A stretch of 64,000 bases of DNA. It comes from Octopus sinensis (lineage: Eukaryota). The stretch spans positions 45,198,001-45,262,000 of the forward strand of contig NC_043006.1 in NCBI RefSeq assembly GCF_006345805.1, written 5' to 3'. The number at the start of each line of letters is the position of its first letter. Positions within the stretch are counted from its first letter, which is position 1. Made by a program: the position numbers and the translations under genes. Shown here piece by piece: positions 38,613-51,554 of this stretch. The notes under the pieces are model-generated. The model made no database searches. It was not told where the DNA came from and saw only the letters and a program-made list of their open reading frames with translations.

Positions 38613-41600
38613 TCAAGCTGGGTTTCTGACACCCACCTTTTTTTCCACTTCCTTCCATCTTTTCTCATACACACCCCGTGGTAAGATCCTCTTTTCCAGC
38701 CCCATTTGCTCTTCAGATGATATCTGAAGTAAGTGAGCAAGCCGGGGCCGGAGACAAAGGATCCTATCGCGGCTCCTTCCATTCTTGTTCTCCACATGCA
38801 TTCTTTTACTACTGCAACCGTGCAGTGAAAACATGCCTCACCTTCCTTCGAGAGTCCAGTTGGCGGTATCATCTTAATCATAGACTCAGCCGACAGCTGT
38901 ACTCGTCCCAGATGCGATAACACGTGTTCTGCGTAACTTATCAAGTCGGACAACTTCCGACAGTGAACAAAAGCGTGCTGGACGGTTTCATCGTCCAACT
39001 CGCACCTTGGACACGTCGGTGGCACTGAAACTCCGTGCCGCGATAACTTCTCGCGAACAGGTAAAGCATTCCTGTAGCACTGCCAGGCCAGGGATCTTTG
39101 GAAATTATCCAAATACCCCGACCTGAAAGTTTTTTTAAACAGGTTGGTAAGCTGGTCTTCGTCGAACCCCAGAGCCCCTCCTAGGACGTCGTCGTTTTTT
39201 TTGCCTCTACCAGCCCTCTATAAAATACCGAGGTGGTATTTCCGCAGCCGGCCTTGCCCGCCTTGTGGATCAGCGTGAGTGCCTGTCGGCACTCCTTTTG
39301 CCATGGAGTCAGTTCCATCTTTTGATGTAACCGGGTTTTAAATTCACTAAGGAGGCCGGTCTCGGGAAAAATCCCCCTGCCAGCGGACTCCACACCTTAT
39401 CACCTTCCAGGTGGTGCCAGAGATGCCTTAGCCTCAACGCATGTCTGCGCATCATCAACCAAGGCATTCCTAACCCACCCTTTAACGGTTCCTGGCAGCA
39501 AACGGAGCGCCTCACAAGTGGCTTTCCTCCTTTCCACAAAAAGCGGAAAAGGATTCGCTCCAACTTGTTAAGCCATGAATCGGGGCAAGGGACAACGGTC
39601 AGGCGGTAGGTGATTACAGATGCAATGAACATCTGCACCACCTCCGCCTTTCCTTTCAAGGACAGAAACCTTCCGGACCAGGTCCGTACTATGGCTTCCA
39701 CCTTGCTTGTCACCTCACTCCAGTTCTTCTCCGTTTGGGAGTCTGGCCCAAACCAAACTCCCAGCAACTTAACAGGGCCATCCGTCCAGTGTCCCACGAC
39801 ACTGGACGATATCGACTTGCTCCTCCAGGTGCCGAGGCGCAAGCCAACCGATTTGTCCTTGTTAACCTTGCTCCTGCCACCGCCTCGTATCCTCTGATAG
39901 CCTCCTCTACACAAGGTAGTTGGGCCTCTTTGGACACGATGAGGGTGACGTCATCCGCATAAGCAGTAACCGTCCTCCCACCTCCGATTTCATCCGAGTT
40001 ACTCCCCAGCCTCTCCAACTTTCGCAGCAATGGCTCAAGAGCCAATACGTACAAAAGTGGTGACAAGGGGCACCCCTGACGCACTGAACACTCGATCGAA
40101 AACGGTTCCGTTAGGTAACCGTTTATCTGGACGGTGGACTTGATGCCGCCGCTATACATAGCGGAGATCCACCCGCGAAATTCAGGGCCCAGCCCAGCCG
40201 CTTCGAGGACCGTCGCCAGGTACCCATGGTCTACCCTATCGAAGGCTTTACTTTGGTCTAAATGGACCATTACCCCCCGCCTTTGCCGGCTAATTTACCC
40301 ACCCTATCTAAGGTGTAGCGTATAAGGTGAAGGTTGTCCTGGATCGACCTGCCTGGAATTGCACATGTCTGTGCTCTCCCTACAAGTTTCTCCACGACAA
40401 CCGTCAACCTTTTTGCCAACACCTTGGCCAAAATCTTTAACTCTACATTAAGTAGAGTTATGGGCCTGTAGTTACTAATGTTATCCCCCTTGCTCGGGTC
40501 TTTCTGGATTAGCGTCACCACTCCCCGGCTTACAGAACTGGGAATTCTCCCATTCTGCTGCCAGTTCGTGTAGACGCCCGCCAGTATTCCCCCGAACAAG
40601 TCCGGCATACTTTGGTAAAACTCGTAGGGCAGACCATCCAACCCGGCGACTTCTCCCCGGCGCATCCGGCCAGTATCTCCTTTATCTCCGCGGGAGTGAT
40701 CGCTCCTTCACAGCACTCCACCTCACGCCCCGCGAGCCGCGGTCCGCCGGCTAGGAAGTCCTTTAAGGCCCTCCCCCGATCCAGCGAACCACCCCCCCGA
40801 ACACGCGGCGAAATGCTGGTGAAGAAACTTTTGCATCTCCTCCTGTCCATAGATCTTTTGTCCCTGTTCGTCAGTTAAAGATTTGATTGAGGCTCTGTTG
40901 CCTCTCTGACTCTCCACACGACGGGCCCATCCGGCCACGTTAATACCTTCTCGTTTCCCAGCGCGTAGCTTAGCTCTGACTCTGCAACCTTCGTGTTTGG
41001 AGTTAAGGTGACGGTACAATACCGTCCTTGCCGCCAACACTCCGGATGCAGAGCCAGCTTCCATTGCCTCGTCTAGATTCTTAACTAAATCGCCCTCTAG
41101 ACTAGCCCTATCTATCCTTAGCTGATTGCTAAATCTAACGGACTCTGAACGAATGGCTCTTTTGAGGGCGTGCCACCATCTATTGTTAATGATGGTGCCA
41201 CACAATGCCCTCTGACTAACACCTTAATCCGGGTACGGAAGTCTTCACAATTCAAAATAGCCTTGTTCAGCTTCCAGTACCCGGGTCCCTGTCTATGACA
41301 CTTGTCTAATTGCATCCTACACGTCACAAATTTGTGATCCGAGTAAGGTACAATATGAAATTGTGGACAACTAACGTATCCTTATCTCTTTTCTTAATAA
41401 ATATCCTATCTAGATACGATCTGTGTGAGCCGTCGTTGTTACTCCACGTCCACTGTGGAACGCTCGGCTCATCCAGTCGGTAACGGTCCACTAGATCAAA
41501 GCTCTCTAGTAGACCCTTGAGGCTAGGGTTCCCCTTCCTATTGGTTGAGCCAACACTGTCGATCTGCGCTTCAAGGACAGTGTTAAAGTCCCCTACTAGG

Positions 41601-42000
41601 ATTACTGTTTTCGACGTCGCTAAAAAGGGCTCCAGGTTCCGAAAAAAACCCGTCTGTCTACCCTCGTTCGGGGCGTAGACAGCTACCAACCTGAAGGACT
41701 GTTTACTTACGTGAGTCACATCCAGGACAACCAGCCTGCCTTCTGGGTCCAGAAAGACAGTACTTACCTGCAAGTCCAAGCTCTTCCTGATAAAGACTGC
41801 CACGCCTCTGCCTCCTCCTCGGCTAGGAGAAATAAATTTCTCGAAACCATTTAGAAGAGGCGAGAACGCTTGGGTCTCGCTCATCTTGGACTCGGTTGCA
41901 ATAGCTATATCTACACCATGTGTCGTGAGGTCGTTCAGGAAACAAATTTGTTTCCGTTTCGACCCCATTCCACGTACATTTATACAACCAGCTTAGCCAT
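38613..42000 (-). pseudogene. Tx1-like ORF2 (endonuclease + reverse transcriptase + zf-RVT), frameshifted as assembled
   Basis: Starts ATG GCT AAG at 42000 (MAKLGCINVRG after a 1-nt correction). Pieced from ORF-track segments 41324-41968, 41118-41327, 40723-41205, 40530-40850, 40270-40665, 39710-40270, 39309-39914, 39181-39393, 38570-39112 and 38613-38834. Confidence 0.92.
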
Positions 42001-43464
42001 TGTAGGTGAGAGAGAAAAATAAATGTACTCACGGTTGGGAAAGGGAGCATGACAGTTTAAATCTGCCTGCTTCCCCTTCTTCCTCCCTTGTAGTTGCTGC
42101 TGCAGGGCTCTTGACCGGCGTTGCCACCGGGCTCTGGGTGGGTGTGGTTCCGGGGTTATTACAAGTTTGCCCTCCATTACCTCTTTGGTCACGTCTCTGA
42201 TCAGTCGGTTCCTCAGATGTTCCTGAAGAACTCCTCCTTCCACTCGTCCTCCCCTACCTTCGCGAAGCGAGCGGTTGCTTTCACATCTGTGGCCCTACTA
42301 TACAACACAAATCTTGAAAATTTACAACACTTATACACTCTTTCGTTTTTCTCATCGAAAGCAATGATCCTCTCGTTCTTCTGTAACACACTTTTTTACG
42401 TCTTGTTTTATGGGGAGGGGCTTGGCAAACTGTTTCCCAATGAAAACAGTGCCATGGGGGTAGGGTTGGGGGATTTGCTTGGTGTGTGTGTCTGCTGTGC
42501 TTGCTGTTTTTTTCTTTGTTTGGGGAGGGGAGTCCTGGGTATTATCTTTTTTTCTTTTATGTGTGACTTGTGTGTAGTCCATTGGTTCTGTACAGTCCGT
42601 TTTTGTTTCCATACTTGTCTTCGTCTTTTTGTTATCTTTTCCTGTCTTCTCCCCTTCAGTGTTGGGGACACTTTGAGGGGGCGCTTCATCTGTTCTCTTC
42701 TTTTTTATACAATTCGATCGGACGTGACCCTTCTCTCCACACTTGAAACATCTGGGTCTACGTCCCTCTACTGAAACTCTCATTGACGTACCGTCTTCAT
42801 TGAAGATTCTATCGGGCAGGTTTTCTAAAATTTTGTTCTCCGCCTGCACGAGGAGTTCCAGGTCTGTCCCTTCCTCGTACACCTCTTTCTTTCTCATCTG
42901 CAGTATCGATATCTCCCGTTCAATATTGTGCAGGACCGCTGCTGCTACCTACCCACATAATGTCGTACCCTCTGGGTATGTCCTCGACCAGCATTTTGCT
43001 GTACGTTTCCCCATGTACGAGGGTAGCAGCATGATGTCGTCGTTTTTCAGGGTCATCGACGACACCTCTCTCGCTACTTCGGCTGTGTCAAAATGTGCCT
43101 CGACCGTAGCACTGCGCGCACCTCTAACGACATGACGAATTCTGTCCCACACCGGGGACAGGCACTTTTCGACCATTTCATTCTTCACATCCATTATTTT
43201 CTTCTCTTTGAAGCTGTACACCTTGTAAATAACTATTCTCTCCTTAATCTCTTGTACCTTTGCCTGCGGCGGTACAAGCCTTATTTCGCCTCCTTCCACT
43301 TTTACCAGGTTCCTGAATTCGTACAATTGTTCGATTTTGAACTCCACATCCATCATGGCACCGCCCACCGCGGCCGAAAATGACTGTTTGGGTACTTCTT
43401 TTTCCTTATTTTCACTCTTTCCCATCACGGGAAAATCCTCCTTCGACGTCAAGTCGAAATCCAT
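42001..43464 (-). pseudogene. Tx1-like ORF1 (gag-like, CCHC zinc knuckle), frameshifted as assembled
   Basis: MDFDLTSKEDFP... from ATG at 43464. RCFKCGEKGHVRSNC lies in segment 42352-42897. The 3' limit is approximate. Confidence 0.88.
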
Positions 43465-44494
43465 TACCTCGAAGGTAATAAAAATACAGGTAATACAAAA
43501 TTTTCTGCCCCGTAGGGCGCAAATTACCGTTATACAACGGGCACTGTTCAAAACAATCAGCACAAACAATAATAGCACAAATCCGAACTCTCTTAAATGA
43601 AGGCAGCAAATTTCTCAAACGCAGATGAAAAAAGAAAGCGAGTGAATGGGTATTAAGAGTATGGGTAGAGGGCAGAATTCCGCGATGCTTTAAATGTGGC
43701 CAAAAGGCCCACATGAGAGCACACTGTCCTCTACAGAAGAAAACAATAGAGGAAACAACAGATGAACCAGTTGTGGAGACGGAGAGAAAATAGAGGAAGA
43801 AAAGACGGACGAAAGGAGGAAGAATGGATAGTAAGAGTAGAAGGAAGAAAAGAAAGAACACTGAGTGTGATGTGTTACCCCAGTCCAAATCCACCCCACC
43901 CAAGACCACTCAGACCCGCCCTATACAGACACCAGACCCACCCACTCCCTTTCCCAACAGAAAAAAAAAGAAAAGAAAAAAGAGCAGACACCACAGAATT
44001 TAGAAGACCCCTTCCCCGGTGAAAAATGTTACGAAAGAATGTTGTCATTGAGCGAAAAGAGGACTTGACCAGAGACTAAAGACGAATTAGGACTCAGTCA
44101 TTGAGTGGTGTTACTCAGTGTGGGGTGAGTACACACTCTCCATATTTTCATTTTCAGATATCATGCATGTTATCATAACCTTAATTCATTTTCTCATGTT
44201 CATTTTCATGTCACTCACAGTATCATATTTTATTTTTATATATTTTTTTAAATGTTATATGTCCCCACATGTTTTGTAGTGTCCCTTCTATGTTATGCCT
44301 TTATGACAATTTAAAAGAAATAAAGAAGATTGCTTCTCAACCACATGGTTCCCGGTTCAATATTCTACTAGTGTCTTCTGCTATAGCCTTCGGCTGACTA
44401 ATAACTTTTTAAGTGGACTTCATAGAAACTGAAAAAAAACTTGCCGTATATATATATAATACATATGTGTGTGTGTGTGGCAAGTTTTTTTCAG

Positions 44495-44537
<43 letters not shown>

Positions 44538-46692
44538 GCGTGTCTGTGTTTGTCTTTCACCAACGCTTGACAACCAGCGTTGGTGTGCTTACGTTCCCGT
44601 AACTTAGCAGTTCGGCACGAGAGACCAAAAGAATGAGCACCAGGCTTTAAAAAAAAGTACTGGGGTAGATTCATTATACTAAAAGTTATTTAAAGTGGTG
44701 CCCCGGCTTGACCACAATCCTCTAATTAAAACAAGTAGAAGATAGAAAATACAATGTGTACTCTTCGGTACCGAATAATCGTGCGAAATACATCAGAAAG
44801 CTATAAAACAAACTCGTAAATTGACTAAATATGCAATTCTCGTCCAAATCTGTCCGACTATGAGGAAAACCTCAGGGAAGTCCTCTGAAAAGGCAAGTTT
44901 TTTATTTCTGCTGCACAGGACAGTAGAAACAGCATGTGTGGAGGCGCAATGGCCCAGTGGTTAGGGCAGCGAACTTGCAGTCGTAAGAACGCGGTTTCGA
45001 TTCCCAGACCGGGCATTGTGAGTGTTTATTGAGCAAAAACACCTAAGCTCCACGAGACTCCAGTGGGGTTGGTGGTGAACCCCACTGTACTCTTTCACCA
45101 TAACTTTCTCTCACACCTTCTTCCTACTTCTGTCACAAAGCAGAGGAACCATGGTGTAACCCACTGTGGTGTGGTAAACTTTCAGACCCTAGTCTAGATT
45201 GCGAATCCTCTGTACTCCAGGATGGTTCAGCTCTCCACCCGTTAAAAGCTACCATTTACGGAATAAGGATAACAATGTAGCTTTTGCACCCGTGCAACCG
45301 CCAGTCTATCGCGTGTGGTGGGTGGATCTTCAAGTTGCCACACGCATTCTTAGTAGCTTAGAGTAAGTTCGAATTAGAGATCATTCTTTGTGGCTAATGG
45401 CGTGAGTCCTGATTAGAAGAAGAAGACATGTCAAGTGAGAAAATAGTTGACAACGTGTCTGCTGGTTTAACAAGGCTGGAAGGCAAGCAGTAAAATATCT
45501 GCTTTCTCTTTCTTGACCACTCATTTTTTGTTTCCCTTCTGGAAAATAATAGAATACAAAGAAAATAACATCACTGCTCTTACTATGACTGAAAGCAAGC
45601 AGCAAAGAATTTGCTTTCTCTTCCTGATGTTTCTGTTGACAACTTTATACTAAGAAATGAAGGAATGCGAAATAAAAGTAGATATGACTACAATGAATCT
45701 AGTGAAAATTATGTGCGGTAAGTAGCTTGCTTACCAACCACATGGTTGTGGGTTCAGTACCAATGCGTGGAACATTGGGCAAGTGTTTTCTACTATAGCC
45801 TCGGGCCAACCAAAGCCTTGTGAGTGGATTTGGTAGATGAAAACTGAAAGAAGCCCGTCGTATATATATATGTGTGTGTGTTTGTGTCTGTGTTTGTCCC
45901 CCCGCCCAACATCGCTTTATAACCGATGGTGGTGTGTTTACGTCCCCGTAACTTAACGGTTCGGCAAAAGAGACCGATAGAATAAGTACTAGACTTACAA
46001 AGAATAAGTCCTGGAGTTGATTTTGCTCGACTAAAGGTGGTGCTCCAGCATGGCCACAGTCAAATGACTGAAACAAGTAAGAGTAAAAGACATATGACAT
46101 AAATTATATATCGTGGAAAATAGTAAGGCATGCAGTGCATTTGTTGCATACATAGACCCTTCACCCCTGACCCTGTCACATGTATCTAAGTGGTGCGTGT
46201 GTGTGTATTTGGAGGAGTGTAAAAATTAGTGTATAAATGTCTTAGTGTATAAGTGTCTTTATCAAGACATGTGAGTACGTGTAAATACAGCTTAGAATAT
46301 GGCTTGTCTATGTATACAGATTTAAATGAATATGGATGAGTGTGAGTGTACATACATATATACAAAAAAAATAAGCGAACCACAAGCACGTGAGAGAGTT
46401 TGAAGCAGATTTACTTCTACCTTTATAGCACGTTAAGAAAACGGTGTTGTAGGAGTGTACGCAGCATGTGTACTACAGCAGTACTATACGTAGCTTAAAT
46501 ATTAAGATTGAAAGGCAGGAGCGAATTATGCCCACCAAATCTACAAAAAAATATATTTTGCACTTTATGCATAGTAATCAGAGTAACCTTCATAATTTTA
46601 TTGAATTAGGTGCATATTTTGCCATACAAGGAAAATGTTGCTATCGATCTATCTTATTCAAGGTAGGCACTGACTACCAAGGTGGTACGTCC

Positions 46693-46734
<42 letters not shown>

Positions 46735-47181
46735 AATAATACAGTGATTGTTTCTTATCAGGAACAAAATGCTATAGAAGTACTGGGGTAGATTCAATAT
46801 ACTAAAAAAATTTTATCTTACCTTATATATTATATATTACTTATTTATATGCTTCCTATATATATATGTATTTTTATATATTTTTTATATATTTATATAT
46901 TACTTTATATTTTTACGTATTTATTATTCTAGGTGTGGTAATGTTTTTAAAAAAATATATATTTCTTAATCGCTAAAGTATTAACTTTTAACCGTGATGA
47001 ACTGTATTCACACATTTTTCTTGCATTTTCTAATATGCTTGTACTGATGAGTTATGTTTCATCTTCCGTGATGTTTTACATGTATATTTTATGTGAAAGA
47101 AAAAGCATTATGTGATTAAATGTTCGAGATATGAAATGTTACCTGGATGACCTTGTATTGTTTGTTCTGCAACCATATATA

Positions 47182-47219
<38 letters not shown>

Positions 47220-47563
47220 CTGTCTTTTACTTTTTTATTGTTTTTACTGTTTTGTTCTCACTGTCCTGTTCTTGTTACTACTTTTACCCTCCGCAAAAAA
47301 TCCCAAATTTTATTTAATTTGCTTTGCGGGAACGATTGTTTCAAGGAAGTCGCGTCTTGTCCTTGCCTTCGAAACGTGAAGTAGTTGAAACGGACAACTG
47401 AAGAAGGGGAATATTCTTTATGTTGTATGTCTTGTTTCTCTGTTTTATTTTCGTTGTCCCAAAAAAAATTCGTTTCTTTGTTTTCGTTTCTCATTCTGTT
47501 CAACGTTTTCTTTTATGTCCTGTACCCATATATGCATGTATATATACATATATATGTAGGTAT

Positions 47564-47606
<43 letters not shown>

Positions 47607-48444
47607 TACAGAAATACATGGCATCCTATGCTTTATAAAACATACGAGTTTCGTCAAATTAACTGCCAGCATTACATAATTGCTTCTCAAAACCTTATAT
47701 AACCTAAATTCACTACTACCACCGCAGTGTTTATAATATATGCATGTTTGAGTCTGCCTACATGCATGTATACATTTCCTATTTCTTTGTCTTATTTCAT
47801 TCGGTTTGATATATTTTTTATATCGTTTCCCTATTTTTTCTATTTATTTTTAAGTTCCTTTATTAAATTCCTCCCGCCTTCTCAATATCTAATCACTTTC
47901 TAGCCTAAGATATCTTCCAATTCACCCAGTTCTCAGTGCTGGATTAACCTGTAAGCAAAATAAGCACGTGCTTAGGGCACCAAGGAAAGAGGTGCACCAT
48001 CTCTTCAACCTCTTCTATGGAGGGGGCGGGCTAGCAGCCACATTGCTGCATAGCTGGATTTATCACCGAAATGAAGCAAGGAATTAAATTTATAGCCATC
48101 TTCAAATTTTAATGCAAAAATGACTAATTCCTATTTATAAATAAAATACGCTGAGGTCGTAGATTGGAAGTTATACAAGTTTTGAACGCGTTTGAATCCG
48201 TGCAAGTGTCAAGTAGCTTGTAAGTTCTTAGATTAGTTGAAAACTGTCGCTAATTGAGAGGTCTTCATTTCATGACGCATAGCGCATGTCACACTCAGCT
48301 CTGTTTCTCTATTACATTTAGTGTTTAATCTATTAATTGTCTGCTTCATATCTCACTTATGACCAATTCATATAAGTCATTATATTTTAATTCATCTCTG
48401 ATTTTGAGAATTAAAATGTATAAAAATAATCATGAAACAACATA

Positions 48445-48809
48445 GATGGATGGATGGAAGCACTCCGTCGGTTACGACGACGAGGGTTCCAGTTGATCCG
48501 ATCAACGGAACAGTTTGCTCGTGAAATTAACGTGTAAGTGGCTGAGCACTCCACAGACACGTGTACCCTTAACGTAGTTCTCGGGGATATTCAGCGTGAC
48601 ACAGAGAGTGACAAGGCCGGCCCTTTGAAATACAGGTACAGTTGTGGTGAAAGAGTACAGCAGGGTTCACCACCATCCCTTGCCGGAGCCTCGTGGAGCT
48701 TTAGGTGTTTTCGCTCAATAAACACTTACAACGCCCGGTCTGAGAATCGAAACCGCGATCCTACGACCGCGAGTCCGCTTCCCTAACCACTGGGCCATTG
48801 CGCCTCCAC
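48445..48809 (-). mobile_element. Chimeric SINE: family C 5' half + family D 3' half
   Basis: 12-bp TSD tgaaacaacata at 48433-48444 and 48810-48821; switch near 48640; (CCAT)n-type tail. Confidence 0.82.
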
Positions 48810-51463
48810 TGAAACAACATAAGTGTTTTAAAAAACCTATAATAAATTTAAATCATGGTTTTAGTAAAAATATTAATCATATTTACTATATTTTTTTTTT
48901 AAATTGTGAAGGAAAAAATTTTTTCTAGTTGAATTTCCAAAACTATATCAAAATTTTTCTCTCACATTCTTGATACATATTATAAATTATGATTTTGAAC
49001 TTTTAATCTAATAAATTCATTTCACATGTGTATAAATATATCATTTTTGTCGATGCATCAAATATGATGATTGATGTTTATAATTTATCTGCTTCTCTTC
49101 GTTTTTTATCATTATATTTGAATTTTTTTACACTTTTTAAAATATGGCAAGTTTTTTTTATTCAAAACACTTCATTTTGTATATCTAAATTTATCGCTAT
49201 ACAAAATATAATAAAATAACATGTTAAATTAAAAAATTGATGTTTTCCACTTCTTTCTGCTGGGTTAAACCTTGAATGGCCATTAGAAATTTTCAATTTT
49301 TTTACTTATTAAATTCGTTAGTAGCAAACTAATTTTGCTATTTGTCATACTAATTTTACTCTTTTACCCTTTTCTTTGCTCATTTTTAAATAAATCATAA
49401 TACATATATCATTCAACCACTATCGTGGTTGAATATATTCTTAAGTCCACCATTTCGTCAATCGCAGCAGCTTCCAAGCTTCACCACTAATTCAGTTCTC
49501 AACTAAATTGCAAACTGTTACATTAAAAAGTTACATTAAAATATCTGCGACCTCAAGGGGGGCAGTAAGACACCTATTCATCTTCAATTAACATAAATTT
49601 TTTAATTTTAAAATAAAAGTATACTTTTCTTAGGCTTAAATGATAGAAAAATGCATGAGGAATTCAGAATCACTAGTCGCATTGAACAAAACTTAGTAGA
49701 AAAAGACTTATGAGGTAAAATGTTACGAAATTTCCTGTCAGTAAGTAAGGGAGTAACGCTTCAGCTATAAGAATAAAGAATATATTTCTAAAATCAATGT
49801 TTACTAAGGCGGCGAGCTTAGTATTATTATTAAATTTAATAGTACTAAAAATATAATAAAAACCTATACATTTTATTTAAGAAATAATAATGTAATCTAT
49901 ATAAGTATTGATTGATAAATATGAATTACTAATTTTTATTATTCGTTAATGATAATTTAGATACGTATATTTATTTAGTTATTCTTATTTTATAATTATT
50001 ATATCTGAACTTAAATTGTAAAATATTAGTTATTACTTTGTGAATTAGAATGTAAATTTTTTTAGTATAGGTAAAGAGGCCTTTATTATATTTTTAGTAC
50101 TATTAAATATAATAATAATAAGTACTTTTTTTCGCAAATAACTTTATAAACGATAAGTAATACGTTTTTAGTTTTGGAATTTTTTAATTTTTTTATTTCA
50201 TAAATATTTTCGGGATGATATGTATAATATTTAAGTAATAATGGAGTAATTTATTTATTTATGTTTAGATTGAAAAAATATGGATTTCTAATTGCTATAT
50301 TTGTTAATTATATTTTAGATACATACTTTTATTTTTTAGATACGTACTTTTATTTTCTAATTTTATAATTATTATATGTGAACTAAAATCTTTAAAATAT
50401 TAAGTGTGATTGTTTTGTTAAATAGTTTGTGAATTAAAATATTAGAGTATAGCTAGTGTAAAGATATTCTATAATTTGTTAATATTTATTCTTAAAGCTA
50501 AATTATTTCTTCACAGATAAATACATTTTTCTATCTATTCACTCTATTTTTTTACCTTTAATTTTTAACATAAATGTATTATAGGCACCTGGTCCAGCTG
50601 TTTTAAGTTTCAAATTTAGTTCATGGAGTTTCTTCTATAAGAACAATCATAATTTTATTTCTTTAAGAAATATTGTTTAATTCTATTTGATTATTTAACT
50701 ATTATTATTTATTGTTGACCTGGGGAGTGACTATACTTTTAAATTGAATTGTTTTTTCGATTAAATTTAAATTGTAATTCGAATTTAAATTATAGCCATG
50801 AAATGTACGTAGTCTTTTTACTTATATATTGTTTATTCATTTTTATACTTTTTGTGATCTAGTTGTTTTAAAATATATTTTATTTATGATTTGGTTTATG
50901 TTTATCATTGTTTGAATTGCATAAGTGTTTTTCTCTAATTTATATATATATAATGCGATATGGCTGTCGTTAGCACGCCGCGCGAAATGCTTAACGGCAT
51001 TTCGCCCGTCGCTACGTTCTGAGTTCAAATTCTGTCGCGGTCGACTTTGCCTTTCATCCTTTCAGGGTCGATAAATTAAGTACCAATGAAACACTCGGGT
51101 CGATGCGATCGACTTATCCCCTCCCTAAAACTGCTGCCCTTGTGGCAAAAATTGAAACCATGATATATATATATGTGTGTGTGTGATGTGATGTGTATGT
51201 TTGTAATATATATAACATTAATAATGATTTATAAATATGCATGCACTCGTATACAGTGAAACAGCAGAAAAGAGAGAAGAGAAATCGTGTGTGTGTGTGT
51301 GTGTGTATAGCTCACAGGGGGATAAACATAGAGGGGGCAAACAAGAACAAAGGGATTAAGTCGATTACGTCGCCCCCAGTGCGTAATTGGTACTTATTCA
51401 ATTGACCCTCGAAAGATTGAAAAGCCTTTCGCCCGGCGTGCAAACGATTCTGCCAGCTCGCCT

Positions 51464-51510
<47 letters not shown>

Positions 51511-51554
51511 ATGTTTATATGCATGCACACACACACATGGCCATGTGTATATAC

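Larger units (their letters stand above)
38366..43649 (-). mobile_element. Full-length Tx1/L1-clade non-LTR retrotransposon (ORF1 + ORF2)
   Basis: Perfect 17-bp TSD gtattaagagtatgggt at 38349-38365 and 43650-43666. ORF1 carries a CCHC knuckle. ORF2 carries an apurinic endonuclease (GDFN, LDRIF), RT (QGCPLSP, YADD) and C-terminal CPRC...HAFVHC. The A-rich 3' end reads aataaagaaata. Confidence 0.95.
37560..44325 (+). mobile_element. ORF1-only (non-autonomous) Tx1-related element, about 1.47 kb net, split by the full-length LINE
   Basis: Left half 37560-38365 reads ...KTITYKVHS...RVEGIPPDIEVAWVAAAVL...VLRVWV. Right half from 43667 resumes EGRIPRCFKCGQKAHMRAHC, then a linker, AT-rich 3' UTR and tail. 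No endonuclease or RT sequence. TSD aaaattgcttc (37549-37559) / aagattgcttc (44326-44336). Confidence 0.85.
37525..44730 (+). mobile_element. Family A SINE split by the 6.8-kb nested insertion (pieces 37525-37559 and 44326-44730)
   Basis: Head ...gtgtatggtaaaattgcttc stops at 37559. The body ...attgcttctcaaccacatggttcccggttc... resumes at 44326 and runs to the family tail. Confidence 0.78.

Noticed and set aside
50560-50940. Possible ND5/ND4L/ND4 reading frames under the invertebrate mitochondrial code
   Set aside because: Only scattered short resemblances, several stops and no diagnostic motif. Kept only as an untested hypothesis in the insert finding.
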